Both the position numbers and the translations under genes were made by a program. Shown here piece by piece: positions 37,142 through 51,835 of a stretch of DNA of 64,000 nt. Below the pieces are notes generated by a model. The model was not told the origin of the DNA. It saw nothing but the letters and a program-made list of their open reading frames with translations, and did no database searches. This DNA is from Tubiluchus corallicola (lineage: Eukaryota > Animalia > Priapulida). The DNA is taken from NCBI GenBank assembly GCA_030141605.1, contig JAQGDQ010000039.1:434001-498000 (forward strand), in the 5' to 3' direction. The first letter of the stretch is position 1; each line of letters starts with the position of its first letter.

Positions 37142-40100
37142 ATGGCTTGCCTAAACAGGTTGAAGCAAGAAATAAAAATCCTAGAGAGTCGTTTTCCATG
37201 TACTCATGAGAGATTTCGAGTAACTTCAGCTACAGTTGACGAGCTAAGTTGCCAGTTCGTTGGCAGAAACGAGGAACGTTATGATATTCATGCAAATATT
37301 ACTGTAAGTTTTTTGACTAGATAGTTTGTGTAATGTTTCTACCAAGTATGCCATTGTGATCATTTGTTCAATGTTTACCCAACTTGGTGAAAATTATAAG
37401 ATTAACCAGTTAACTTTAGAGTATTGGATAATTTATTCAATATAGTAACTTTTTGTGCAGTATGCGATAGTTTGTGTGAGATGCCAACAACTTTCATCCT
37501 ATGATGTTTTTGTATGTTGAACATTCTGGCAAATGTACATAATCTGTACCTTTGAATTCTTCCAATGTTTTGCTAACTCGTCTCTCAGCTGTTAACTGCA
37601 TACGGCAGTATCTTTTATTTACTTGTAAACCATTCTGAACTGCTATGTGTGAGCTTTGTACTTAAAACCAGTATTCTACGTCATGTTTGCAGGAGACTTA
37701 TCCGGAAACACCTCCACTTTGGTTCGCAGAAACAGATGATCCTCTAGTGACCACTACTGTTCAAGAACTGTGTGATGCACCAGGACATCGAAGACATGTA
37801 ACTATACTTGTCTAACATGTTATAAGAAATTATGACCTAAAGTCAACTTCTCTGATTAACTGCGATTGTCTGATTTAGTGACATCATTAGAGTTTTCTAA
37901 GAGGTAGAACACCGCACTTTAAAAACTGGTATCATTTGATGCATGCTTTAAAAATCTGCTTTGTAGGTTTAGTACGATACATATTTAAAAAGTGATTGTG
38001 AAAAAAGTAGCTTCTACATTTATAAAATTGATTAAATCCGAAAAGTGTGGTGTAAACATTATCAGTTAATTCATGGGCCAGCAGGCAGCTTCCTCTTTGG
38101 TGATGAACTTCCCTGCTGCTGGCCCTAGCACGCTAGTGAAGACCTAATATTGTTCTTAGGCTTTTTTGTGTTCTTTATGTAGTTTTTTACCCTTTGCTTT
38201 ATTTGTACTTTTGTGCCTAAATAAATAATATAATATAATTCATTACTGTTCTTATGTTAGTTGATTGATCAGGTGGAGCGATTAATAAGTATGCTATGCG
38301 AATTGCACAACCTTCCTGTGCCTGTAGAAATACACACTCTTCGTCATCAAGTTCCTTCTGAGGTAGGCTAAATAAATAGTACAAACTAATTTAAGAACAT
38401 TGTTATTTATATTTTACTGCATTTGCAAACACCCAACGCAGAATCGGCTACTTGGTTCAGTTTTATGAATATTTAGTTATTATAACAGTGATTTTTGTTG
38501 AAATAATACAGCAACTTTCACATTCAAGATTTCAAGTACCAGTCAGACTATTGTTCAGATTATTGCAGCCATTGAGAGCTCAAATGTTTACAATAAGTTT
38601 AAAACAGTAGAGTTCAAAACCATATATAGATGCCTTTCAAAGAGCTTGTGGTTTTGAAAGAACTGATACCTACTTGACATTGTTATCGTAACAGTGTTAC
38701 CATCAACATCTTATGTATTTTCATAAGTCTAAGCTAAATATTGCTGGTTATGAATGAGGAAGTTGGTACTGATGAAACTTAGTATTGAGAAATTGTTTTT
38801 CAATATTTAAGAACGATGTTGCATGGCAGCGTTAAAGTTAATGGTTGCTATTGAGTTTTCATAGAATGCCGCAAAGTATAACTTTTGTAATAGAACATTT
38901 GTGTGAAAGTCGCAAGGGCGCACTTACATTGCGCGCATCATTAATTCTTTTACCAGCTCTTTTTGCCTTAAGTAATTTTACTTTAGGCCAAGGTGTGATT
39001 CATTTGGGTGCTCTGCCTTGCTTAGAGGTTAGGCTACAAAAACAATATTTTATATAAAATTATTTGTAATTTTTATAGCATCCTTCAAACTTTTTACGTA
39101 TGCAAATACTTTAAAAATTAATGTTTTTACATACAGTTATTTCTATCTCTGCATCAAATAGTCTACCTGCTTGACTTGGTGTGGCACATTTTGATAAATT
39201 AATGGCTTTTAACTAGAGAAACTGTAAAAAATAATATGTTAGAGTGCAAGATGTTTGTCCAGTTTTGATGCCGAATAAGAGCTGTTTACAAACTTACAAA
39301 ACCTCTCCAAAGATTTGTTGCTCATTTTGCGCCAACTTGTTTATTAAATTTTGTAATCAGAATCATAACAAAAGTAAACTTAAATTAGACAGTTTTTGTA
39401 ATTGCTTGCAGATTATTGTTTATACCTCTTGCCGTAAAAAGCCTATGGCAGTGCCTATATTTTTCATTTTGTAATGTTTGTGAAAATTGTGATTAATCTC
39501 CAATTTTTAAATTTATTGATTTTTTACAGAAAGGGGATACAATGGAGGTGGAAAGTGATGATGATGAAGAAAATGATGTTGAGGATGACTTTCATTATGA
39601 AATGGAGGAAGAAGTATTGTAAGTTCAAAATGTTTTGTTATAAAATTCTCCATTGCTTAAACATTTGCGATTAGAAGTTCATTATTAATTGGTTATTTAG
39701 TTTTTTATGCTTATTTAAATTATGAATTATGATTAGAAATATTTTGCTTCATCTTAAAACTGTTACCACGGGGTCAGTAATGAAGCTTTTTAATAACTTT
39801 GACCCACAATCAAGTCTCACTTTTTCTTGCTGGTAGTCCTTTACTAAGTTGTGATCAGATCGTTATCGTATTTGGCGTGGTACAGCAATACATTGGTTAG
39901 TCTAACCATTTTAATTATTTTATTTAACACTAGGAATAGTGTGATAGATTTGTTTTTCCTGCCAAACTGCGCTCGTGTAAATCTTACCACCTGAGGCAAC
40001 CCTATCAGCATTTATTTGCTGTTTGCCTAAGGCAATTATTTCAAATAAATATATTGAAAAAAGTTTTTTAATTGTTACGGTTTGTGGTATGAGCTCATTA

Positions 40101-43100
40101 AATTTATGATATCTGTCAAAACACGATTCCCTAGTTTTCGATATTTCGTTTTTATGAGTGAAAAAGCTGTTTTTTTCTCAAAGTTCCAAATATATCCTCG
40201 TGTGAATGAATTTTGTTATTAATTTGTAAGGCAGCTCATATCCTATGTACAAGAATTTATAATGGTCACATTGATAAGTAAAATCTTCTTAAAATACTTT
40301 ATACAATGATTGCTGGCTTTACAGATGAACAACAACAAATTTGAATTAAATAAATCTGCAGCAAGAACATTTTTTCATAAAAATCCTAATAATCTTAGAA
40401 ATCAGCTCTTGCAAGGCTTTCAATATTGGAAGTCATGCAAAAACCTTAAAGTCAGTATGGTTGTCTGTTAACGCCAAGTAAATCTCTTTCGTGGATCTGA
40501 CTTTGTTGTGAGATCAAGATGAGGAACCACTGTATCTGTGAGATCATATACTGTATCCAAAAATTCTAACAGTTTACTTACTAAAATGTATTCTGACAGT
40601 AGAGGTGTTGAAAGCTTCACCTCCATGCAAAGCTTGATTTATTTATTATAAATTTTGCTTGTACGAATACAGGGTAACTAATTTCTTAAGTTTAAAAAAC
40701 AGTTAAATCCAATAAATTCATTCAGCATTCTTTTTCATTAATAGTGAATGAGAGGAATATATACAAGTTGATTGCTTTTCACGGCACATTTTAAATACTT
40801 GGATACTTCTAGGAGTTGAAAACCTAACCCTCATAAAAATGAGCATCAGTAGTTTCAAAGTAGAAAATTTTAATAAAGGTTTTTGCATGGGTCCACTTTG
40901 CTAACCATTAAGATAAATTATCCCAGATTTTTACTAGCCAGAGCAGGGCAGCAGCAACTTGCTTACAATTGTATTTTGTAGTCCAGCATGTCAAACACGA
41001 CTTTTTGAACGAAATGTAGTAGCATGAAACTCTGTGAATAAAGATCTTTGTTTGCCTGAAACTTACTGTTATTGTCATTATTCAACTGTAGCTTTCTCGC
41101 AGCTATGGTTGAAGAAAGTTTATTAGTATAGTCTAGAGATCCCAGTTGATATAGCATATATTTGACATTGTTTAAATGATGTAATATGTTGATTACAGAG
41201 AGAAGAAAGATAATGCAGATGATGAAGGTTTAGATAGGCAAGAGTTACAAACGCTGGAGCGATTAAAAGCAACACAGAGGCAAGACTATCTTCAGGTCTG
41301 TTTCTTCTACATTCTGACTCGCATTGTGCATTGAAAATACGTTGCGACCATTTTGAAAATATATTAGCAATAAATTGTGAGGGAATTGGCTGAGTGATCA
41401 TGTTGTGATTAGATTCGAATGTTACATAGTGCCGCACTTGATTGATAACTTAATGAATGACAGAATAAACTTCTGAGCTGTTTCATCTGTGACTGTTTTA
41501 CTCATTGAGAAGGTGTATTCACATATTGATGTGGCAAAGGCAGTTCAGCACTTCACTTTAAATGATAGTGAGCTAAGATCTGGGCTGGACTCGACCATTT
41601 AGCATTGATAAGCCCTTTCACTGAGCGGTGGGCCTTTGGCTTGTAGTTTGCCACCTAAACGCTAAAAAATTGTGTGGTTTTTATTTTTATTTTTGCTGTC
41701 TCACCAATAGATAGTAAATGATTTTTTTGTCTTGTAATGTTTGATAGTTTTGTTTTGATAGTAATAACTTGTTGTATCACCCTCATTTCTTTTTGTCCTT
41801 GTTTGATACTAATTTATTTGTGCATTGAAAAATTAAATATTTATGTAATTTATTTAAAAGGTGCATTTATTTGAGATTCTGAGTCTGAAACACATACAAG
41901 TTATTTGTGATTGCATACCAACTGTTTTTCCTTTAAGATTTGTCCTTTTAACTTTATTTCTATTATAGGGAACAGTTTCGGGCTCAGTCCAGGCCACCGA
42001 CAGACTGATGAAAGAGTTAAAGCACATCTACACATCAGATAGTTATAAGAAAGGTGAATCACTTATTAGACTGATAAAACCTTGCTCAATTATATAAGTA
42101 TGATATTGTGAAGTAATTTGCACTGGTCTGGGCTGGCATTTTACACAAAGTTCTTATCGAATATTGTGATGAAATTCTGGTATTGTTTAGTCAGTTATTC
42201 TCTCTAAACTACATTCTGCTAATATTTTAAGATTTGTAGCGAATAGCAATAATTAAATTAATTATGTAATTGCCAAAATAATGTGCAGAAATTTTGACAT
42301 TTTTGGCAGTTGCTTCTTCTTCAGAGAATTAGCAATAATTTCATAAATTGTTTATAAGTTCTTTTTTGCGAATGCGACCTGAAATCTATATCACTCGCTA
42401 GTTTTAAAGCCCTCGTATGTGGTTGTTTACTTACAAATAAGACAAACCTCCTTATAATGCCCCTCTTTGTAATGCCAACCTTGCATAACACCCAAATGCT
42501 TAGCAAAACAAAATGTCTCTATTTGCATAGTCACGTATATATTAATGCGCCTCATTATAATGCCAAACTATCTATAACACCAACTTTTTTGCAGTCCCAA
42601 AGTGGGTGGTATAAAGAGATTTGACTGTATTGTGATATAAGAACAATTTGTTAACTACTAGGTGTGCATACGCAATGTGGTTTTTGTAAATTAAAATGCA
42701 TAAATCGAACTTGAACATCGAATATCATCCACATTTCCTACTGTGTTTGTCTTGGAGGTTCTAAGTGAAGTTTACATTTAGCTTTTGATATTCTGACTGT
42801 TCCTGATAATCAACATATTTTAGTAAGTCTAGCAGCATTGTTGTTCTGCTTTCTACATGTACATGTATGCATTTTCTCTTCAGGTATCTATGCTGTTGAC
42901 CTTCATAATGACAGCTTGTATGACTGGAACATACGACTAATGAGGTATTATTATAACTATGTGACCAGTGTCATAATTATGTAACTACATTAGGCCGGCC
43001 ACAAATGAAATTGTTTCTGTCTTATCCTATGAACTTAAAAGATGTCAGTAGAAAGTAGGGAAAGAATTTCTTTTGTTAAAAAAAATTTTAAAACCTTCGT

Positions 43101-46100
43101 GAATGTTTAAAACTGAAAAATGGAATACCTATAATTAGTTGAAATCAAAGTTTATATTATTCCCCACTATTTAGCAGCAATGTTTTAAATTTTTTCAATG
43201 CAAATTTTTTCCCGCATTGTTTTTTGTTTTGCATTACTAAATTATCGTATAATCATCGATTATCATATAGTCTGTTTTGTACGGTGTTAATGTGTGTTCT
43301 GATGATTATGATATAAGCGCGAATACTACTTGTCTATTGATACACTGATTTTTGCAGAAAATACAGTACTTTTTACTTTCTAATACAATAACCAGCATCA
43401 TACCAAATGGCAACGGTAATAAAAAAAATATTACCTGGGTGATTAAACAGAAACAGAAGTATTTTTACTGTCTGCCACTTACAGTATGTGTTATAAAGTA
43501 TAGCATGTCATGTGCTTTTATTTTATGCTTCACTTGATGCATATGCTGAAGTTGATGCACTGTCATATTTTGTTATATCTTGATCTGCCGTCACATTTTA
43601 ATGCCACAATAAATACATGATTCTTGACTTATACTTAATATGGATTTTTTTGTTGCTCTAGCGTTGACTCGGACAGTCCTCTTTACAGTGATATTCAAAC
43701 ATTAAAGGACAAAGAGGGCAAGGACCACATTCTGCTCAATATGACCTTTAAGGTAAAATTACTCTACCTGAAGTATTTTATACCTGTATGTTGCGCGAAG
43801 ATCGGGTAATAAAGTTACATTGAAAATTTTTGTTTTTCTTTGTGGAGACAACAACAATTTGTGTTTCAACATACCATTTTCCATATTAGAAAGGGAGCCT
43901 GCTGATAAGTTCATGGTACTATGTAATAACTTTTACCAGTATATAAATTTTTATTTAATGGTTGTATTGTAGAAGGGTAATGCAGCTTCTACTATGCAAG
44001 AAAGCAGAGTTACATTCAAACCTCTATATCAGGGATGTTACAGAAACTGAAATTACAAATCTAAACCAAAATCTATGAAATGGGGAATGGATACCGAAAG
44101 TGAACCGAATCGAAATCATTTTTGCAAAACCAACTATTATCAAAACTGAAAAAATGCTGAAATAAATAAAATACTTTGTTTTTGTTTGTTTGCTTTAATA
44201 AGCTATGATACAAACTTGATGAAGTAGCTAGGCAAAAAATCTTAACTTAAAAAGTGGAACAATGTTTAAGGTCAGAAAGATCATGACTCTTCAAAAAAGT
44301 TGAATTTTATTGTGTAAATATTTTGTTGCCTTTATTTCATAAATTATAAAATTAAACTTGGTTTTGTTCAAATTGTGCTTTGATATTTCAGTTGCTTATG
44401 TCTGGAGACTTTAACGTTTTACAGCCGTCAGGACTAAAAGTATGCCGCATTGCTGTAAACAGCATACTACAAATAGTTAAACGATATTTTTGCTTTATTA
44501 AAATTATTTTAGCCAAGATTTTTCAGCAATTTTTAACATTTTAATTTAAGGGAAAAAAGGTAAGCTGGATAAATACTACTAAAACCTCGGGGAAAATGAT
44601 ACTGAAAATTTCAGTTGCGAAAGTGTAGTTATCAGCAAGAGTTTCGGTAACATCCCTGCTTTATACTGCCTACTTTAGGACTGCAGAAAAAGTTGGCATT
44701 AAACGACTTTGGCATGATAACAAAGTGCATTAATGCCTACATGTCTAAGCAGATGTAGGCATTTTATAACGAGGTTCGACTATAATGCATATTCAAACGT
44801 ATTTCATCTTTAACTGTCTAAATCTCCCAACTGACCTTTTTCCAATTTAGAATTCTCAAAAATGAAGCTTTGTTTTATTAATGTATATGAATAAATTAGA
44901 TTAGATGAGATTATATTAACTTTGAATATATTAGACTAGATTTTATTCACATGTGACATGAGAAATATGCTCAAACCATTTTTTACTTTATTAAGCATTG
45001 AGTCCCGTAAGGTAAATTGATATTTACGATTAATACCCGTGTTGAATAAACTTTACAGGAAACATTTCCATTCGAACCCCCATTTGTCCGTGTAGTCAGT
45101 CCTATGTTGTCTGGTGGCTATGTTCTTGGAGGTGGTGCCATCTGTATGGAGTTACTAACAAAACAGGTAGGGTGAACTACTTTAACGTAAAAAATTTTAT
45201 TGCCGAGGCATTTTTAACAATCTGTGTCATTACGTAAAGAGATTTATAACATTAAACTTTTTAACCAAAATACCAGAGCCTCCAAGAAGATGGAAAGTTG
45301 TCAGGGCAGGGACCTTATCTATGTTGGGTCCCTTCCACCTCCAAATGCTCTCCATGTAGAAAGATTTATACGCAGAAGATGCACCAGCATAATGCAAAAG
45401 TTGTATATTTATTGTTACCCCTGTTAGATGAATGTCACAGATAAATTTATAATTTTTACTATGATTTTATTACTTGCAATGCATTGCAAACTTTACAGAA
45501 GAACACTAGACCTTCCTAAAACTCTTGGGGCTGGCTAGTGCCCCGACTGCATTTCCTCTTGTAGACTTTGAAGGTCACAATATTGGTGCTTTAAATTGGC
45601 GTGAAACAAAATTGAACTGCAATTCTGCTATTATGTAGGGATGGAGCAGTGCCTATTCCATAGAAGCGGTGATAATGCAAATTTGTGCGACTTTAGTCAA
45701 GGGAAAAGCTCGCATTCAATTTGGAACATCCAAGGTTCGTGTTTTAAAATTTGACTGATTTCGTTTCATTGATTATACATTTATATCTCTTTATTGTTTG
45801 CTAAATGGCGGTTATGTCTGTCTGTCATGTGATTTTATGTACAATACCCAGAACTTGTTACGCTTGTCACTTCACCATTATTACTCTGGACATTCTTCTT
45901 TGCCCACTAGTAGTGAAATCTGTTCCAATTACAAAATAAGGTAACAATGGGAAAAAGACATTTATTTTCTCCACCACCTGTTCAGTGTGTTGAATACCAC
46001 ATATACAAAAACCTGCAGGTAATGATCCAGTACCTGTGCTGACAGGAGAGTTTCACTATCTTAGCACCTGTTCCAGTGAATTTCTTTATAAGTTAATGTA

Positions 46101-49100
46101 AAACTTGTTTGATCCAATGCACAGTTATTATACATTAAAATGCCAAATTAATAATTCTGCTTGGTTGTGACTTGAGTTATTTTAAAATTAAAACTTTAAA
46201 TCATGAAGTATCTTTGAACTTTTGGTACCTTTTCATAGACTTTTGGAGACCTTGGATTTTCTTCTATTGCACCGAAAAACTGGAATTATTTGCCTCAAAC
46301 CTTACGATTGTGATCAATTGCAACTGTTGTAGGCTTCAATAACAACCTATTTTTTTACTATAATTTCTTTCCAATAGGTGATTAATTTTGTATGTTTTGG
46401 GCAAAATTTTTAAATAACTTTTATTACTGTTATATTTTCTTAATTGTGATCTGTAACAATGACGTTTTTCTGTAAAACGCTTTATAAAATGTATTTTTAT
46501 TATTATTATTATTATTATTATTTACTTCCACACTATAGCTGTGATATTTTATTATACATTTCAGAGTCCTATAAGCCAGAAATGATTAGAGCTTTATTTT
46601 TTATTAAAGAAACAAGAAAGAATTCATTAAAAAGCTTCAAACTCTAGTTCTATTACTTATATCACAATTTTTTATTTTATTTCAGGGTCAATATACACTA
46701 GCAAGGGCCCAGCAGTCATTCAAATCACTAGTACTGATCCACGAAAAAAATGGTGAGTATGACAGGTTAATTTGGTTTTATTTATTTATTTGCACTTCTG
46801 ACAAAATTACAGTGTGCTGGAACAACAAGCACCTAACGGTAAAAGCACAGTGAATGGCTCCAAATTTGTGAAGGCAAAAAAATGTACACATGGGTGTTTG
46901 TATAATATAGCAAATGAAAGCTCCTGTTCTGTGCTTCATAAAACCATATTTGGTTTATAAAATAGAGGAAAGGTTACAATGTTAAAGCAATTTTAAGAAA
47001 GCCGTTTATTTTGCAATTGCATAAGGAAGACTTTCAACTGTTAAAATGCTTTTTAACAGCTTAAATATTAACAAAAATTTAGCATAGTTTACTTTTCAAA
47101 CATGAATTAATAGGTTGCTAGAAGAGCTGCTCTAGCTTCAGAAGAGCTTCAATGACATAGAAATACAAATTACTGTATATATATATATGAAATAGCTATT
47201 TTAAGCATATTCAGTAACATTAACTAGGTGAATTTTTGTAGTAATGCATAAATGATAACATTTTTTTTGATATTTTTATGTTAAAATAAACCAAAATTTG
47301 ATGTCATCAAACCTTCATCTAGATTTTCAAATTAAACTAACGTAGCTTTACTAAAAAGCTTAGTTTTTGATAAATTAAACTGCAAGTATACATGAGCCAA
47401 TATGTCAAAGTTCGTAAATATCCTCTGTTTTATTAATAAATTTTGCCCTTGAAGCCATTTCTTTTGACATATTTAACAAAAAGATCAGCCTACTGACATC
47501 AATTCTGCTTTTATAACTAACAAATATTCATATGTGTGCTCCATATTTTTCACAACGCATACGGGGGATTCTATATTTTTCACATAACAGATCCTTGAAC
47601 ATGAGCCAGAAAGCTGCTTGCACATTTGTGTTGACGTAATGGACAGACATGTACATTTAGGCCTGCACTCCTGTGTATTATTGCAAACTAAGTGTAGTTT
47701 CACCTTTTTGCATTATTAAACTTCAGTTGTTTTTACTTTTGGTAAAAATCACTAAAAAGATATAAAAACAGTTGTTGATGTAATGGACAGACATGGGAAT
47801 GCATACCTTAGAAGTGGAATTTTGGCAAAACTGTTTTAATTATTTGGCTTTAGGCTGTTGATTCAATTAAACAAACAATAGACCTTGACTTTAGTAGCAA
47901 AACAAGTAGATTATTACACAAAGTGATTACTTAACAGGCCTTTGGACTAACTCTGTTGAAAATGGAGAAAAGCGGTAAGAAGCACGTCTTTTTATCCTTA
48001 GCCAAAATGGTAGCCACCATTGTAAGCTGGGATATTCAGAAATACTAATTGCACAAGGGCTGGAGCAAGAGTAAATAACTACTGCTATGTTATGGTTGCC
48101 AGTTGAATATTGTTCTAACAGGAATCAAATAATATATGCTCAAAAGAAAGTGCCACAGGTAACTTGCAAAAACAGGCAAATAGTACTATATTCAAAGTGC
48201 TGCTAAATTTTTACATATAATGGCAGACAACTGAAACTTTTGGAAATTATGCACCATGATTAGTACATCATGTTAAATTAATCAATTGGAATTGTCTTCT
48301 AAACACCGAGGTCTTAAGTTTAGTTTCACCGTTAAAAATCCAATGGGGCATTTGCTGGGTTTTTACCCCTAATTATAAATATTGCAATTTACAATAAAGC
48401 ACGATGTGACTTATGGTGTCCCCAAGTTAGTATTCACACCACAATGCTAAAATTAAAAATTTTACATTATCTACTGCTAAACACTGCACTTAAACTAAAC
48501 TTTTAGATTCCATCACATGAACAAATACAGATGCACACACCAGTAGGCCTAATCAATTTTCTATGATATCAATAAGCCTTTTCACAGTTTCGTGGTGCAC
48601 ACGTTGCTCTAGGTCAAAGGTTAAGTGTACCACAGCAACACATCTTAATTACAACCGTCACGTGACTTGTCTGTAAAGTAAATCCATATGCCACATCAGT
48701 TCACTGACAACAGTTGTTTTACATGGACTTTACTTAATTATGCATTAGTCTGTGTGATGCAAAGTGATTTACTAGCAGGATCTTGCTTGAGAACAAGAAA
48801 ACATGAACTATGTCAGGTTCTGGCTAACTGTTAAAACGGTTACTATTACAATAGCATGGGCTGTGAGGCGTTGTCAAGTGTACACAAATGCGTTGTCTGG
48901 TTCACTTAACCTTTGACCTTTTTACAATCATCATCAATCGCTGGATCTGTGAAAAGGTTTATTATCTTAACTCACTGGTATGTCGATACTGAGACATGAA
49001 AATGATGAAGCATTAGTATCATGTAACACTTGCATAACAGAGTCTAATGATACAAATATGATGCCTGTAAACAGTATTAATATTTTTCTGATAATAAGCA

Positions 49101-49555
49101 TTAATTTTAACTTATGTTTTGGCTGCAGTGATATTGTTTGTGTGGTTACTATTCCTGTGCAGATTTACCAACATGCTTGACTGAACTTGAGAGAGCTCTG
49201 TAGATATACTGACAAGAGGAGCGCTCACTTTCCACTAGATCACGTTGTTCCTTGATATCCAAATTCACTGTGAGAGGTTTCAATTCTGTTTTAGGAAAAT
49301 GAAACTAATGCTCAGTTTCCCATTAAAATTTTCAAGCAACTCTTTAGCGGCAGGGTCAATTTAGAGCTAATTGTTGTAAAAAACTATTAGGTCTAATTCA
49401 ACATTCTTTTGTCGAGACACTGGTATTCACAAAACTTGGTTTCTGTTTTTCAAAGGAACATCAGACTAGTGCCGAGTTGTATTGTATTCATATGGCATGG
49501 GGATAACGAACTGCTTTTTTTAGGTTGGTTTACGCCACCTCAAGAAGATGGATAA
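37142..49555 (+). CDS. UBE2Q: Ubiquitin-conjugating enzyme E2 Q (RWD + acidic linker + UBC), 12 coding exons
   Basis: Exons 37142-37303, 37693-37797, 38261-38362, 39530-39618, 41199-41295, 41969-42053, 42884-42944, 43662-43752, 45059-45166, 45639-45734, 46686-46752, 49524-49555 splice in frame. Motifs [53 protein letters not shown] (catalytic Cys), [14 protein letters not shown]. Confidence 0.95.
38075..38240 (+). mobile_element. 3' tail of a LINE/SINE (stem-loop plus simple-repeat tail)
   Basis: Hairpin GGGCCAGCAG...CTGCTGGCCC, T-rich tract, then AATAAA and (TAATA)n. Confidence 0.4.
42440..42627 (+). mobile_element. Tc1/mariner MITE family 2 (~187 bp)
   Basis: Collinear with 50650-50836; ends GAGATTTGACTG|TA. 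Confidence 0.8.
44013..44782 (-). mobile_element. MITE family 2 copy interrupted by a hAT-like element (44030-44658)
   Basis: Outer ends TA|CATTCAAACCTC and GAGGTTCGACTA|TA; inner TIRs CAGGGATGTTACAGAAAC / GTTTCGGTAACATCCCTG; flanks CTCTATAT / CTTTATAC (6/8). Confidence 0.8.
46498..46521. repeat. (TAT)n microsatellite
   Basis: 8 TAT units. Confidence 0.85.
48574..48960. mobile_element. PIF/Harbinger-like MITE, copy A
   Basis: TIRs AGCCTTTTCACAG / CTGTGAAAAGGTT; internal inverted repeat AGGTCAAAGGTTAAGTG / CACTTAACCTTTGACCT; collinear with 53398-53778. Superfamily is inferred. Confidence 0.75.
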
Positions 49556-50649
49556 GGCTCCATATAACAAGAAGCAGTGCTTTGTCAGCAGCTCATAGCA
49601 TTCAGTATCCCATAGCTTCGGTTTCGCTTTCGTTTATGGAACTTTCGTAAATGTGGTGCCCTACACGTACTTCTATTTTTTTTTCATCTCGTACAAATAC
49701 TGACAAAATCCATCCTTAATTAAATAATACCGTACACCTCATCTCGAAACACCAATTTTGCATGAAAGGCTAGAATCAAGTGATGATGACAGGGCTAAAA
49801 TAACAATTATTATTGTGCATATTATTCTGATTTGTTGTACAGCTAATTATTGTGTGAAACTTGTACATATGAGAATCCGTAGCAGTGAGTGCCAATATAG
49901 AAGTGTTTTGGCAACAAATATTAGGGTGATATTTTAAATTTATTACTATCATATTTTATCTTTATGTTATGCTACTTAGTCTACTAGATGGACCTGGTTT
50001 TCTTAGTTACATATAGCTATTAGGTCTGCATATTTAAATGGTTTCCTTGCAACTGAATGTTACTAATGGAATTACTTTGTTATCCTTAAAATATTGCCAG
50101 GGCATTTGGCTTGAATCAAACTTCTGGGCGATTCTTTGTCGAAAGATAATGTAATTACATTGTCTTCACAAATTTTTCATTCAATTTTTTTCAACTGAAA
50201 TTGTTTTTCTTCCAACAACATCAGCTAGTGCGTTTAGTTTTTGTCTTCTTTCTCATTTTCCTTTGTTCCTGCTAACTAAATTCACTGTTCCTTCATTACT
50301 TTCTTCCATATGTAAGAATTTAAGGTTCCCAGTTAAAATCCAAAACAATGCATTAGTTTTAATTGATTCCTTAAATCCGAAATCCATTGTATTAATAACT
50401 GAGCCAATATGAGAATATTATGCATATTTTTCTGTTATTTTGTGTTATTCTATGTTGTTTTCCTCCTTTTTTCATTTTTGCAATGTAGAACATGATTTAC
50501 TATAATGCACAGTAAGTTTTTGTACAATATATAAAACTACACTCATTTCATTTGTCTATAAGTATCGTTATTTTCAACAAATAAAGTACTTTACGCATAA
50601 CTGCAGAGCTTATTATTGCCAATTCAATTCCGTAAATTATTTTACAATA

Positions 50650-50836
50650 CAGTCAAACCTTGTTACAACATCTTCGTTTATAATGCCACCTCACTTAACG
50701 CCCATATTTTTTTGCAAAACACAATGTCTGTATTTGCATAGATATGTGTGTATTAATGCACCTCATTGTAATACCAAAGTCACTTAATGCCAACTTTTTG
50801 CTGTCCCAAAGCAGGCGGTATAAAGAGGTTTGACTG
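50650..50836 (+). mobile_element. Tc1/mariner MITE family 2
   Basis: TA|CAGTCAAACCT ... AGGTTTGACTG|TA. Confidence 0.85.
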
Positions 50837-51751
50837 TATCTGATAACACCTCACTATAATGAAGTAGCACCATATTTGGCACTACAGCAATTACTCTTCA
50901 TCGGTTAACTGATGCCGTGCCGATGTTTTAATTGTTGTATTTTATGAATTTATAAAAAACAACTAAGCTTGTTTATTGTTTACTGTAAACTGTAGATCTT
51001 CATCATGTTTCAGATTGTAAAAAGTTGATAGTCAGATAATTTGCATGTTATAGCAAGTTACAATTTCTCTTGTATGCGTGTGTATACTTACATGGTAAAT
51101 TAACGGAAAATTAAAAATGCTGCAAATTGTTTTTGACTCTAATATTTTTTTCAATGTACTTTATCTAAAACAACAGCCCACTTGGAAAAAATATATCCAA
51201 AAATGTAATTTGGTGGTTTCCCCGAGACATAAGAACAGTTGTTGTAAGTTAGTCCATAAAAAGTCTCATTATTTTGTGAATTAATGATACAACCTCTTTT
51301 GAATGAGGTATAGTTAAGCTGTAAAAACTTCTACTAATGTATAACCAGGGAATGGAGTTGTCTGTGTTGGATTATGAATGCAAGACATTACTTGCTGTGA
51401 TGATGTCAGCAATTAGGAAGTGTTGCTTGCTAAGTACTTCCAAAATTCAAACTGAAATCACTGAAATGGTTGCCAGTTTGTAGCTGATCATTACTATCGA
51501 AACATAGTAATACTCATAGATTATATTCATACTGGAAGTCGAAATTAAGTTAGCGCTCAAAAAATGGTGATTTTGTTGTTACTTCACTTTTTGGAGAGGT
51601 GCTGAGTGCTCACTTGAAAATAGCTAAACTAAAGTAAACTTTGGCTAATCTAGCTATTCAATTGAAAATGTCAGTTTTACTTGAATTGTTCGTTTAGGGT
51701 GATTAAATAATTTTGATAAAATATTGTCGCTTTGTTGATCTGAAAAATTGT

Positions 51752-51835
51752 AGCTCCATTCTTTAAATCATCATGAACATCTATTGAAGGAAAAGCTCCA
51801 TTCTTTAAATCATCATGAACATCTATTGAAGGAAA
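51752..51835. repeat. 42-bp perfect tandem repeat (2 copies)
   Basis: AGCTCCATTCTTTAAATCATCATGAACATCTATTGAAGGAAA x2. Confidence 0.9.

Noticed and set aside
49774-49834. C/D box snoRNA or SECIS-like element in the UBE2Q 3'UTR (GTGATGA..CTGA)
   Set aside because: Too short and AT-rich, no convincing helix or guide, and UBE2Q has no in-frame TGA.
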